DNA of 64,000 bases from Propionibacteriaceae bacterium (lineage in GTDB: Bacteria > Actinomycetota > Actinomycetes > Propionibacteriales > Propionibacteriaceae): positions 7,760 to 71,759 of the forward strand of contig JAUNUF010000004.1 of NCBI GenBank assembly GCA_030538315.1, given 5' to 3'. This document shows positions 39,383 to 48,581 of this stretch, piece by piece; positions within the stretch are counted from its first letter, which is position 1; the number at the start of each line of letters is the position of its first letter. The notes under the pieces were generated by a model. The model was not told the DNA's origin. It saw only the letters and a list, made by a program, of their open reading frames with translations, and ran no database searches. The translations under genes were made by a program, and so were the position numbers.

Positions 39383-40096
39383 ATGAACAGCCACGAGCCG
39401 CAGCGGCTCCGCCAGACGATCCAGGCGGTCAAGGAGCACATCCTGCGGGAGAAGCTCAAGCCAGGCGACGCCATGCCCACTGAGCTGCAGCTGATCGAGT
39501 CGCTGGGCGTTTCGCGCTCCAACCTGCGGGAGGCGATCCGCACCCTCGTGACGCTCGACATCGTCGAGGTGCGGCACGGCACCGGCATGTTCGTGGGCCA
39601 AATGTCGCTGCGGCCGCTGGTGGAGGGCCTTGCCTTCAAGGGCGTCGTGCTGCCGGGCGAGGATTACGAGACGCTGCGCCAGATCGTCGAAGTGCGCATT
39701 GGTCTTGATCATTCGCTGGGCCCCGGCATCGTGGAACGCCTCAAGGGTCAAGAGACTCCTGTCCTGATCCGCGTGTGCGAGGAAATGGCGGAGAAGAAGG
39801 CCGCCGGTGAGAACTTCGCCGCAGAGGACCGGATGTTCCACCAGACGCTCGCCGAGGCGCTCGACAACGAGTTGTACGCGCAGCTCGTGGCCGCGTTCTG
39901 GGACGTCCACACGCTGGTGGGCCCGCGCTTGGGCGTGCCGACCCCACGAGACCTCGACGAGACCGTGCAGGCGCATCGCGAGATGCTGGATGCCGCCGTG
40001 GCCGGAGACCTCGCGGCGTATCACACCGCCGTCGACCGCCATTACGCCCCGCTGCTTCGGGTGCTCAACTCCACCAAAAAGGTCGCCGGCTCCTGA
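39383..40096 (+). CDS. nanR: GntR/FadR-family transcriptional regulator (NanR by context)
   Basis: Winged HTH LPTELQLIESLGVSRSNLREAIRTL plus an FCD-type C-terminal domain. Divergent from the nan transporter operon. Start is the ATG at 39383. Confidence 0.8.
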   Translation: MNSHEPQRLRQTIQAVKEHILREKLKPGDAMPTELQLIESLGVSRSNLREAIRTLVTLDIVEVRHGTGMFVGQMSLRPLVEGLAFKGVVLPGEDYETLRQIVEVRIGLDHSLGPGIVERLKGQETPVLIRVCEEMAEKKAAGENFAAEDRMFHQTLAEALDNELYAQLVAAFWDVHTLVGPRLGVPTPRDLDETVQAHREMLDAAVAGDLAAYHTAVDRHYAPLLRVLNSTKKVAGS

Positions 40097-40099
40097 GGA

Positions 40100-40294
40100 G
40101 CTCACGAAGGACGCATCACTGGTCCCTGAGCGTGCCGCGCCCGAGGAACGAGGGCCGCGGCACGACGAAGGGCCGCCAGGCTATCCGACTCCCCAACCCG
40201 CCGGATGCTCACGAAGGACGCATCACTGGTCCCTGAGCGTGCCGCGCCCGAGGAACGAGGGCCGCAGCACGACGAAGGGCCGCCAGGCTATCCG
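40100..40294. repeat. Tandem duplication: 88-bp hairpin-containing unit repeated with a 107-bp period
   Basis: 40100-40187 and 40207-40294 differ at 1 position. Each unit holds the stem GTGCCGCG-CCC...GGG-C-CGCGGCAC. Confidence 0.9.
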
Positions 40295-40311
40295 CCTCTG
40301 AGCTGCCGCTC

Positions 40312-40365
40312 AAAGATAGGGGCGGTTTTGGCAAGGTAGTCACTGCCAAAACCGCCCATATCTTT
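40312..40365. terminator. Bidirectional terminator-like hairpin (22-bp arms, 1 mismatch, 10-nt loop)
   Basis: AAAGATAGGGGCGGTTTTGGCA ... TGCCAAAACCGCCCATATCTTT lies between the convergent nanR and GH29 genes, with A/T runs at both feet. Confidence 0.7.
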
Positions 40366-40380
40366 CGCTTGAGCCTCAGC

Positions 40381-41667
40381 TCAGGCCAGGCGCACCACCA
40401 CGGGGCCCGGGCGGTCCGGGTTCGAGGTGAGCACGCCGTCGGCCAAGGTGGCCCACTGCGGCGTCAGCAGCTCCCCGTCGATCTCGACGGGGCGGTCAGC
40501 CGCGATGAACGCCAAGGTGGAACCGTCCGCTGCCTGGCCGAAGCGCGCCCAGACGTCGTCACCGAAATCGATGGTGCGGTCAGTGGGCACAACCTGCAGG
40601 TACTCCCCTCCCGGACGCATCCACTCCCCCAACCAGGCGACGACGTCGGACTGCCACTTCGGCAGGCGGCCATCTGCCATGGGCCCAACGCCGAACAGCA
40701 AGCGGCCACCGCGGGTCACCACGTCGATCAGGTGCCGAGCAGCCATCGGGCCGGCCAACGCATGCTGCAGTCCTTCCTCCTGGTTGTAGGCGAAGGACAA
40801 GCCCACGCCACGGCAGTTCTCCCACTGACGGGCATCCTCGTTGTCCAACATGTGCTGGTACTCGCTGGTGGTGTAATCCGCGTGCGGGACCTGCCAGCGG
40901 TCGTTGACCACGCCGTCGGGCTTGACGGCGTAGTACTCCTCGAAGACACGGCCAATGCCGAACTCCCCGAAGTCCTTGCCGGCGTCTGGCCATTCGATGT
41001 CGTTCCACAACACGTCCGGCTGGTAGCGACGCACCAGGTCACGCACATGTTCAGCCGCGTACTGCGCGTACTCGGCATCCAGCGGGCGCAGCCCATCCCA
41101 CGACCAGGTATCCGCCTCGCCAATGGGCGGGAACGGCCGCTCGTGCCAATCCAGGCCGCCGGAGTAGTAGGCACCGAACCGGACGCCACGCTGCTTGCAG
41201 GCATCCGAGTACTCGCCCACCAGATCCCGACGGGGGCCCCGGGCCACCGTGTTGCGATCCGTGCCAGGCGCATCCCAGAGGCACACGCCGTCGTGGTGCT
41301 TCGTGGTGAGCACGATGTAGTCAGCGCCAGCCGCAGCCAACTCCCCGACGATGGCTGAGGCATCGAAGTGCTCGGCCTTCCACTCGTCGATGAAGTCGTC
41401 GTACGGGCGGCCGCCGTGCACCTCCTGCTGATGCTTCTGCGCCTCGCTGCCCTCGATGCGGATGGTGTTGTAGTACCACTCCGAGTAGGGATTGTGCGTG
41501 TACCACTCGGTGGCCGATTCGACGGTGCCAAGCTCCGCCGTCGGTTCCGCCCAAGCAGGGACCGAATAGGGCCCCCAGTGGATGAAGAACCCGAGTTTGG
41601 CCTCTCGGAACCACTCCGGGGTTTCCCGAGCGGAGAGAGCTTCCCAACGTTCCTGGTCAGCGACCAC
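40381..41667 (-). CDS. GH29 alpha-L-fucosidase
   Basis: GFFIHWGPYSVPAWAEP, YIVLTTKHHDGVCLWD and YYSGGLDW motifs. The GTG start at 41667 sits 6 nt after GGAGG. Confidence 0.85.
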   Translation of the reverse strand: MVADQERWEALSARETPEWFREAKLGFFIHWGPYSVPAWAEPTAELGTVESATEWYTHNPYSEWYYNTIRIEGSEAQKHQQEVHGGRPYDDFIDEWKAEHFDASAIVGELAAAGADYIVLTTKHHDGVCLWDAPGTDRNTVARGPRRDLVGEYSDACKQRGVRFGAYYSGGLDWHERPFPPIGEADTWSWDGLRPLDAEYAQYAAEHVRDLVRRYQPDVLWNDIEWPDAGKDFGEFGIGRVFEEYYAVKPDGVVNDRWQVPHADYTTSEYQHMLDNEDARQWENCRGVGLSFAYNQEEGLQHALAGPMAARHLIDVVTRGGRLLFGVGPMADGRLPKWQSDVVAWLGEWMRPGGEYLQVVPTDRTIDFGDDVWARFGQAADGSTLAFIAADRPVEIDGELLTPQWATLADGVLTSNPDRPGPVVVRLA

Positions 41668-42499
41668 CGAAACCTCCAATGTTCATGCCACGCGAAAGCT
41701 GGCGGTTCATGAGAACAACAATGATCAGGCTGAACGCCACGGCCACGGAACAGGCGGCCATGAGCGGCCCCCAGTCGGTGCCACGTTCGCCGGAGAACAT
41801 CGACAGACCCAGCTGCAGCGGCGCCTTGGCGGGATCAGTGATGATGATGAGCGGCCACAGGAATGCGTTCCAGTAGTCGATGAAGGCGAACGCCGCAACG
41901 ATCGCGATGGGCGCGCGCAGCAGCGGCACGATCACGTGCACCAACAGCTTGAACTGGTTGGCGCCGTCGATCCGGGCCGCCTCCTCGTAGTCGCCCGGTA
42001 GCGACAACAGGTGCTGGCGCAACAGGAACGTGCCGAAGGCGCCGAACGCGAACGGCAGGATCACCATGGAGTAGGTGTTGACGGTACCCAGTTCGTTGGC
42101 GCCGATGAACAGCGGGATAACCAGCACCTCGATGGGCAGCATGAGCGTGGCGATGAACAAGCCGAACAGCTTGTCGCGGCCTGGGAACTCCAAGCGAGCG
42201 AACGCATAGGCGCTGAGCACGGACACCGTCACCGCGATGAGCGAGCCCATGCCGGCGATGAAGAAGGTGTTGAGCAGGATCCGGCCAAACGGGATGGCGG
42301 TGAACACTTCCGCGTAGTTGCTCCACCGAACCTCGGAGCCCACCAGATCCGCCCCGCCCAGCAGCACTTCCTGGCTGGGCTTGAGCGAGCTGAGGAACAT
42401 CCAGATGAACGGGATGAAGAACACGAATCCGAACAGGGCCAGCAGCACCTTGCTGATGATGGTGGTGACGCGCACAGGGCGCTTTTCAACCTTAGGCAT
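41657..42499 (-). CDS. CUT1 sugar ABC permease
   Basis: 6 TM segments and the EAA loop LPGDYEEAARIDGANQFKL. Confidence 0.85.
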   Translation of the reverse strand: MPKVEKRPVRVTTIISKVLLALFGFVFFIPFIWMFLSSLKPSQEVLLGGADLVGSEVRWSNYAEVFTAIPFGRILLNTFFIAGMGSLIAVTVSVLSAYAFARLEFPGRDKLFGLFIATLMLPIEVLVIPLFIGANELGTVNTYSMVILPFAFGAFGTFLLRQHLLSLPGDYEEAARIDGANQFKLLVHVIVPLLRAPIAIVAAFAFIDYWNAFLWPLIIITDPAKAPLQLGLSMFSGERGTDWGPLMAACSVAVAFSLIIVVLMNRQLSRGMNIGGFGGR

Positions 42500-43430
42500 C
42501 GTAATTCACCCACTTCTTCTGGCCGACGAACTGCAGCGCGGTGAACAGCATGATGATCACGAACAGGATCCACGCCATCGACGACGCAAAGCCCAGGCGG
42601 TCATACGAGAAACCGGCGCGGTACAGGTACAGCACGATGGTGTTGGTGGAGTCTCCCGGGCCGCCCTTGGTAAGCATGTAGGGCTGCGTGAACACCTTGA
42701 AGCCGCCGATGACGGTCATCACGGAGGCGAAGAACAGCGACGGCGACAGCATGGGGAAGGTGACCTTCCAGAACCGGTTCCAGGCGTTGGTGCCGTCGAT
42801 CCTGGCGGCCTCCAGCACGGATGGGTTGATCCCGTTGAGGCCGGCGGCGAGCACCACGATGTTGTACCCAATGCCTTGCCACAGCGACATCACGATGAGC
42901 GAAGCCAGCGCCCACTTGCCGTCGCCCAGCCAGGACGGGCCTTGGATGCCCACCGCGCCGAGCAGCGTGTTGACCAGACCGTTGTCCTGCAGCATCAGGC
43001 GCCAGATGAGGGCGTTGGCCACCATCGGGGTCACCACGGGGATGAACAGGAGGATGCGGAAGAACGGGCCCCAATCCGGCAGCGAATGCAGCCACACGGC
43101 CAGCGCCGTGCACAGGATGAGGTTGGCCAGCGTGTACCCGATCGCGAAGATCGCGGTGTTGCGCAGCACTGTGTAGAAGACCGGGTCTTGGCCCGTCAAC
43201 AGGCTGACGTAGTGCTGGATTCCCACGAACTCGCGCTCGCCGTACAGGGGCCAGTTGTAGAGGCTGATCACCAGCGAGGCGATCAGCGGCACCACGATGA
43301 AGATGAAGAAGCCCGCCATCCCTGGGGTGAGATGGATAAGGGCCAGCAAGCGCTGGTTGTAGCCAGGCTTGCCGGTCCTTTCCACTTTCACCCTCGGGCG
43401 CGCCTTCGAAGGAGCTGCCGAGGAAGACAT
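42492..43430 (-). CDS. CUT1 sugar ABC permease
   Basis: 6 TM segments and the EAA loop INPSVLEAARIDGTNAWNRFW. Confidence 0.85.
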   Translation of the reverse strand: MSSSAAPSKARPRVKVERTGKPGYNQRLLALIHLTPGMAGFFIFIVVPLIASLVISLYNWPLYGEREFVGIQHYVSLLTGQDPVFYTVLRNTAIFAIGYTLANLILCTALAVWLHSLPDWGPFFRILLFIPVVTPMVANALIWRLMLQDNGLVNTLLGAVGIQGPSWLGDGKWALASLIVMSLWQGIGYNIVVLAAGLNGINPSVLEAARIDGTNAWNRFWKVTFPMLSPSLFFASVMTVIGGFKVFTQPYMLTKGGPGDSTNTIVLYLYRAGFSYDRLGFASSMAWILFVIIMLFTALQFVGQKKWVNYDA

Positions 43431-43432
43431 GA

Positions 43433-44671
43433 TCAGCCGATGGCCTGGCTGATCTGCGTCATGATCTCTTCCGCAGTCTTGTTGCCGCGGTAGCCGTCAG
43501 AGGAGTACTGCGAGAACTGGGTGACAACCTGGTTCCACTGGGGGGTGGTCACCAGCGGCTGGCCGGATTCGAGGAGAGCCTCAACCACCTTGACGTCGGC
43601 CTCAGGCTTGCCCTCGGACCAGCCGCTGAGCGCGGAGGCGATCGACGGCACGGTGCCGCGGTGCTGGCCGACGTAGGCCACCACCTCAGGCGTGGTCATC
43701 TTGACGATGTTGGCGAACGCGGCGGCCTTGTCGGGGCAGGAATCTGCCACGCCGAAGCCGGAGCCCTGGATCATGCCACCGGGCTGGCCGGAGGTCGACG
43801 GCGGGGCGGCGATGCCGACCTCGAAGTCCGAGCCGTCCTGGTAGGTGGAGTAGAACCACGGGCCGTCGATGAACATGGCCACGTTGCCGGCCATGAAGGC
43901 CTGACGGCCCACCTCATCGGTGTCGCCCGGGTTGGGAGCTGCTGCCACGCCTTCCTTGACGAGATCCATGGTCCACTGGATGTCCTTGACCAGCGCCTCG
44001 TCGGTGAGGGTCAATTCGCCGTCCTTGGTGGGGACGATGCCGTCAGCGAAGCTGATGGCCAGCGGCGGGTAGCCAATGTCGGAGGAGACGGCGAAACCAA
44101 ACTTGCCGTCCTTGGTGAGCGCCTTGGCGTCGGAGAGGAACTGCTCTCGCGAGTAGTCCGCGCCGGGAGCCGTGAGGCCAGCCGCCTCGAACATCTCCTT
44201 GTTGTAGAAGAGCAGCATGGGCTCAGCGTCATAGGGGATGGCGCGGACGGTGCCGCCAACGGTGAGACCCTGCATCATGGCCTCGTTGTACTGGCTCAGG
44301 TCCAGGCCCGCTTCCTTGGCCAGATCATCGAGCGGCGCCAGCAGGCTGCCAAGTTCCTGAGCGCGCGCGGCCTGCGTCGTGATGATGCACGGGGCGTCCG
44401 AGGCGGCCATGCGGGTCTTCACAAGCGTCCAGTACTCCTGGAACGACGGGCCGTCGAGCGTGATGTTGAACTCGGAATCGCCGCTCTCCTTCACGCCGGC
44501 GATGAAGGTCTCCCACTGCTCGCGGTCTGACTGGTTGGACACCCAGGTGTACATCTGGTTGGGACGGTCCCCCGCCGCAGCCTTGTTGTCCCCAGAGCCA
44601 CCGCCGCAGGCTGCGAGGCCCAGCACGAGGGTGAGCGATGCCGCAGCAGCGGCCATTTGGCGAATCTTCAT
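43433..44671 (-). CDS. CUT1 sugar ABC substrate-binding lipoprotein
   Basis: Lipobox LGLAACGG and a family-1 SBP body. First gene of the operon that ends with GH29. Confidence 0.85.
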   Translation of the reverse strand: MKIRQMAAAAASLTLVLGLAACGGGSGDNKAAAGDRPNQMYTWVSNQSDREQWETFIAGVKESGDSEFNITLDGPSFQEYWTLVKTRMAASDAPCIITTQAARAQELGSLLAPLDDLAKEAGLDLSQYNEAMMQGLTVGGTVRAIPYDAEPMLLFYNKEMFEAAGLTAPGADYSREQFLSDAKALTKDGKFGFAVSSDIGYPPLAISFADGIVPTKDGELTLTDEALVKDIQWTMDLVKEGVAAAPNPGDTDEVGRQAFMAGNVAMFIDGPWFYSTYQDGSDFEVGIAAPPSTSGQPGGMIQGSGFGVADSCPDKAAAFANIVKMTTPEVVAYVGQHRGTVPSIASALSGWSEGKPEADVKVVEALLESGQPLVTTPQWNQVVTQFSQYSSDGYRGNKTAEEIMTQISQAIG

Positions 44672-44741
44672 GTTGACGCCCTTCTCCTATGAATGCGCTT
44701 CTCGAAGCCTGACCATCCTTGGCCCCAAAGGTGCTTCGTCC

Positions 44742-44755
44742 TGTCAATGGTAAAC
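44742..44755. promoter_or_regulatory. Weaker copy of the TGTCAnT... motif (TGTCAATGGTAAAC)
   Basis: Lies 15 bp from the strong site at 44770-44783. Confidence 0.3.
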
Positions 44756-44769
44756 CGCGAATGCTAACG

Positions 44770-44783
44770 TTGTCAATACATTT
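44770..44783. promoter_or_regulatory. Candidate GntR-type operator TTGTCAATACATTT
   Basis: About 100 bp upstream of the fucosidase-operon SBP start. Same motif as 46517, 53247 and 58083. Confidence 0.55.
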
Positions 44784-44934
44784 GGGTGAGTTGCAATGCC
44801 GGTTTGGCGACACCCTGTCTCTCATTTTCTCGATAAACACGCCTTGACGAGCGGCTTTGCCGCCTCCAGAAGGGACCGAGATCACACAACTTCCTTGTAT
44901 GTCAAGACAAAGTGGCACCTGCAGACAAGGAAAA

Positions 44935-44957
44935 CGGCGCCCCACGAAGGGGCGCCG
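44935..44957 (-). terminator. Rho-independent terminator of iolA
   Basis: On the minus strand: CGGCGCCCC-ttcgt-GGGGCGCCG followed by TTTTCC. Confidence 0.7.
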
Positions 44958-44984
44958 TACCTGCTCAGCAACGAGTGGCCGAGC

Positions 44985-46481
44985 TCACTCCTCGCGCTTG
45001 AACGACATGGTCGCCTCATACGTGGCCTCCGAAGGCCAGCGGCTCGTGATGGCCTTCAGGCGCGTGTAGAACGACACGCCCTCGGGGCCATGGATGTGGT
45101 GGTCGCCCAGCAGCGAATCCTTCCAACCGCCGAAGGAGTAGTAGGCCACCGGCGTGGGGATGGGCACGTTGACGCCCACCATGCCGGCCTGCACGTCGAG
45201 CTGGAAGCGACGCGCCATGCCGCCGTCGTTGGTGAAGATGGCTGCACCGTTGCCGAACGGCGAGCTGTTGACCAGCTCGATCGCCTCCGCGTAGGTCTCG
45301 GCGTTGACGATGGTCAGCACGGGGCCGAAGATCTCCTGGTGGTAGGCCGGGGCCTCCACGGGCACGTTCTTCAGCACCGTGGGGCCCACCCAGAAGCCGT
45401 CCTCGTAGCCTTCGACGGCGAGGTTGCGGCCGTCGAGCACGACGGAGGCGCCGCGTTCTTCAGCATCGGTGATGAGGCCCTTGATGCGCTCCTGCGCCTT
45501 GCGGGTGATGACGGGGCCCATCTGGACACCTTCATCGAGGCCGTAGCCAACCTTGATCTTGGCGCCGTTGGCCTTGACCAGCTCAGCCAACTCGTCGCCG
45601 ACACCGCCGACGGCGACCACCACGGGCAGCGCCATGCAGCGCTCACCGGCGGCGCCGAAGGCGGCGGCGGCGATGTGCTGGGCAGCGAACTCGAGATCAG
45701 CATCCGGCATGACGATGGCGTGGTTGTTCGCGCCGCCCAGCGCCTGAACGCGCTTGCCCGCGAGGGTCGCCTTCTCCTGGATGATCTTGGCCACCGGGGT
45801 GGAGCCCACGAAGGAGATCGCGTCGATGCCCGGGTGCTCGAGCAGCGCGGTGACGGTTTCGACGTCACCAGCAACCACGTTGAAGACGCCATCGGGCAGC
45901 CCAGCCTCCTGGTAGAGCTTGGCGATGAGCAGCGACGCGGTGGGCGTGGGCGTGGCGGGCTTGAGAATGAAGGCGTTGCCGGTGGCAATCGCGATGGGGT
46001 GCATCCACATGGGCACCATCACAGGGAAGTTGAAGGGGCACACGCCCGCGACCACGCCAACGGGTTGACGAACGGTGTGGATGTCCACGCCCGTGGAGAT
46101 GTCGTAGGAGAACTCCCCCTTCAGCGCGGTGTTGATGCCACAGGCAAAATCGAGGGTCTCGCGGCCGCGCTGGATCTCGCCGATGGCGTCGTTGTAATCC
46201 TTGCCGTGCTCATTGACGATGGCCTTGGCCAGCTCATCCTGGTTTGCCAGCACGAGCTCGCGCATCTTGAACATGACGGCGGTGCGCTTGGCCAGCGACT
46301 GCTGCGCCCATTCGCGCTGCGCGGCGCGGGCCACCTCGACGGCGTGGTCAACGTCCTCGCGGCTGGCGGCGAGCACTTCGCCGGTCACCTGACCGCTGGC
46401 GGGGTTTTCGACGGGGATGCGCTCGAGGGGCGAACCCTCGTACGGCGCTCCACCGATCCAGTGCGTGATTGTCTGAGTCAT
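44985..46481 (-). CDS. iolA: Methylmalonate-semialdehyde / malonate-semialdehyde dehydrogenase (CoA-acylating)
   Basis: The ITHWIGG N-terminus, the VCPFNFP motif, and the catalytic Cys context GERCMAL are typical of ALDH. Start is the ATG at 46481; the upstream 160 codons are rejected. Confidence 0.9.
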   Translation of the reverse strand: MTQTITHWIGGAPYEGSPLERIPVENPASGQVTGEVLAASREDVDHAVEVARAAQREWAQQSLAKRTAVMFKMRELVLANQDELAKAIVNEHGKDYNDAIGEIQRGRETLDFACGINTALKGEFSYDISTGVDIHTVRQPVGVVAGVCPFNFPVMVPMWMHPIAIATGNAFILKPATPTPTASLLIAKLYQEAGLPDGVFNVVAGDVETVTALLEHPGIDAISFVGSTPVAKIIQEKATLAGKRVQALGGANNHAIVMPDADLEFAAQHIAAAAFGAAGERCMALPVVVAVGGVGDELAELVKANGAKIKVGYGLDEGVQMGPVITRKAQERIKGLITDAEERGASVVLDGRNLAVEGYEDGFWVGPTVLKNVPVEAPAYHQEIFGPVLTIVNAETYAEAIELVNSSPFGNGAAIFTNDGGMARRFQLDVQAGMVGVNVPIPTPVAYYSFGGWKDSLLGDHHIHGPEGVSFYTRLKAITSRWPSEATYEATMSFKREE

Positions 46482-46516
46482 GGGTCCATCCTCCAAGCTG
46501 TGGCCGCGTCGCCTCT

Positions 46517-46530
46517 TTGTCTGTACAATA
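46517..46530. promoter_or_regulatory. Candidate GntR-type operator TTGTCTGTACAATA
   Basis: In the divergent iolA / dehydrogenase promoter region. A weaker copy TGTGCATACAAA is at 46573-46584. Confidence 0.55.
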
Positions 46531-46593
46531 TCAGCAGATGGGTGATGACTACAAGAATCCCCAACCCAAACCTGTGCATACAAAGGGGTAGCA

Positions 46594-47613
46594 GTGGAGC
46601 GACAGTACTCGGTGGCACTCATCGGCACAGGACGCATCGGCGTCATGCACGCCCGCATCCTCAGGGACCACCCACTCGTCGGCCAACTGCTCCTCGCCGA
46701 CGCCGTGCCCGCCCGAGCGGAAGCTGCCGCGGCGGAGCTGGGCTGCGAGAGCGCGTCGGTTGAGGAGATCTTCGCCCCCGGCACCCCTCTGCGGCTGGAC
46801 GCGCTGATCATCGCCACTGCCACGGCAACGCATGCCGAGCTGCTCATTCGCGCAGCGGGGGCGGGCATCCCCACGTATTGCGAAAAGCCACTGGCTCTGG
46901 ACCTGGGCGAAGCCCGCCGCGCTCTCGAGGCGTTGAAGGCCGCGGCGCTCCCCCACCACATCGGGTTCCAGCGCCGCTTCGATGATGGCTATACCCGAGC
47001 CCGGCAACTGCTCATGGACGGCGACCTGGGCGATCTCCGCCGCTTCCATGCCATGACCTGCGACCAGTCCCCTCCACCGGACGAGTTCATTCCCGGCTCC
47101 GGCGGCATCTTTCTGGACTGCAACGTCCACGACTTTGACATCCTGCGGTGGGTGACTGGGCGCGAGGTGGTGGAGGTCTATGCCACCGGGCTGGCCCGAG
47201 GGTCCGAAGCCTTCGAAGCCCACGGTGACGTGACAGACGCCGTTGCCATTCTGACCCTGGACGACGGCGCAGTGGGCACGGTGCACTCCTCTCGCCACAA
47301 CGGGCAGGGGCACGAGGTTCGGCTCGACCTCATGGGCAGCCGCGGCTCCGCCAACGTCGGCCTCGACAACAAGGTGCCGCTGCGCTCCGTCGAGGGCGGC
47401 GTGGCATTCCCCCCGGATGCCCCCTGGGTGGATTTCATCGAGCGCTTCAAGCCCTGCTACGAGCGGGAGTTGGATCACTTCCTGCGCAATCCGGTGCAGG
47501 GATTGCCCAGCGCTTGCACTGCCGAAGACGCGTTGGAGGCATTGCGGATCGCGCTGGCCTGCAAGAGGTCCCGGGAGGAGCAACGTCCGGTGCACCTGAG
47601 CGAGATCGTGTGA
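46594..47613 (+). CDS. iolG: Gfo/Idh/MocA oxidoreductase, inositol 2-dehydrogenase-like
   Basis: Rossmann motif VALIGTGRIGVMHA and the EKP motif (YCEKPLAL). GTG start after AAGGGG. Confidence 0.75.
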   Translation: MERQYSVALIGTGRIGVMHARILRDHPLVGQLLLADAVPARAEAAAAELGCESASVEEIFAPGTPLRLDALIIATATATHAELLIRAAGAGIPTYCEKPLALDLGEARRALEALKAAALPHHIGFQRRFDDGYTRARQLLMDGDLGDLRRFHAMTCDQSPPPDEFIPGSGGIFLDCNVHDFDILRWVTGREVVEVYATGLARGSEAFEAHGDVTDAVAILTLDDGAVGTVHSSRHNGQGHEVRLDLMGSRGSANVGLDNKVPLRSVEGGVAFPPDAPWVDFIERFKPCYERELDHFLRNPVQGLPSACTAEDALEALRIALACKRSREEQRPVHLSEIV

Positions 47614-48579
47614 TCAGACCTCGGCCGGCTTCCAGCTTGGCGGCCCCTCGAGCAACACAGAACGTAACAAGGCCACGCTCTGCCGAACGCCCTCGAGCGC
47701 ATCCTGGGTGACGTCTTCATGCTCAATGCTCAGCACGCCGTCGTAGCCCGCATTGCGCAGGTCTGAAAGCAACTGGCCCCAGAACTGCTGGCCGCCTGGG
47801 TGCCCCAGCCCCAGCGTCACGTAGTTCCAGGCCCGGTCGCGCGCACGCTCTGGGGGAAGGGTGTCAAGCACCCCGTGCACCCGCGAGATTTCGGGGTGGA
47901 TCCGCACGTCCTTGACGTGCACGTGGTGGATCACGCCGTCGAGGGCGCGCGCCATGCTTCGTGGATCAACACCCATCCACATGGGGTGCGACGGGTCGAG
48001 ATTCGCCCCGACCGCCGGGCCTACTGCTTCGCGGAGACGAAGCAGGGTCGCGGCGTTGTAGACGAGTTGCTTGCCATGCATCTCGACGGCGAACCTCACG
48101 CCGTGCTGGCTGCCATGGCGCGCCATGTCCCGCCAGTAGGGCAACGCCACTTCGTTCCACTGGTAGTCAAGGATGGTCTGCGTCTCAGGCGGCCAGGAGG
48201 TCGTGATCCAGTTGGGGGTGCGGTCGCCCGGCGCCCCTCCCGGCAGCCCAGACATGCACACCACCGTGGGCACGTCCAGAAGGGAGGCCAACTCGACGGT
48301 GCCTCTCAGCACAGCGTCAACCTCTGGCCCGATCACCGGATGGAGTTGGTTGCCGTTGGCGTTGAGGGCAACCACCCTCATCCCGCGCTCGCGCAGCATC
48401 CCCAGGAACCGGTCTCGCTCAGCGGCCTCAGCGAGCAGCGCCTTGAGGTCGAGATGCGGAGCCTCAGACCAGCCGCCAGTGGCGAACTCCAAGTCACGCA
48501 CCCCCAACTCCGCAGCAGCATCCAGCATGGGCTCCATCGCCATGTGGCCCAGCGAATCCGTCAATAGCCCGATACGCAC
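47614..48579 (-). CDS. Xylose-isomerase-like TIM-barrel protein (IolE/IolH-like sugar phosphate isomerase/epimerase/dehydratase)
   Basis: AP_endonuc_2-type pattern (IGLLTDSL, LEFATGGW, VEMHG, LSIEHED). Assignment to inosose dehydratase is not resolved. Confidence 0.65.
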   Translation of the reverse strand: MRIGLLTDSLGHMAMEPMLDAAAELGVRDLEFATGGWSEAPHLDLKALLAEAAERDRFLGMLRERGMRVVALNANGNQLHPVIGPEVDAVLRGTVELASLLDVPTVVCMSGLPGGAPGDRTPNWITTSWPPETQTILDYQWNEVALPYWRDMARHGSQHGVRFAVEMHGKQLVYNAATLLRLREAVGPAVGANLDPSHPMWMGVDPRSMARALDGVIHHVHVKDVRIHPEISRVHGVLDTLPPERARDRAWNYVTLGLGHPGGQQFWGQLLSDLRNAGYDGVLSIEHEDVTQDALEGVRQSVALLRSVLLEGPPSWKPAEV

Positions 48580-48581
48580 GC

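Noticed and set aside
39807-40301. 164-aa ORF running through the regulator 3' half and both 107-bp repeat units.
   Set aside because: It is out of frame with the well-supported GntR gene and has a repetitive translation caused by the DNA repeat. There is no RBS.
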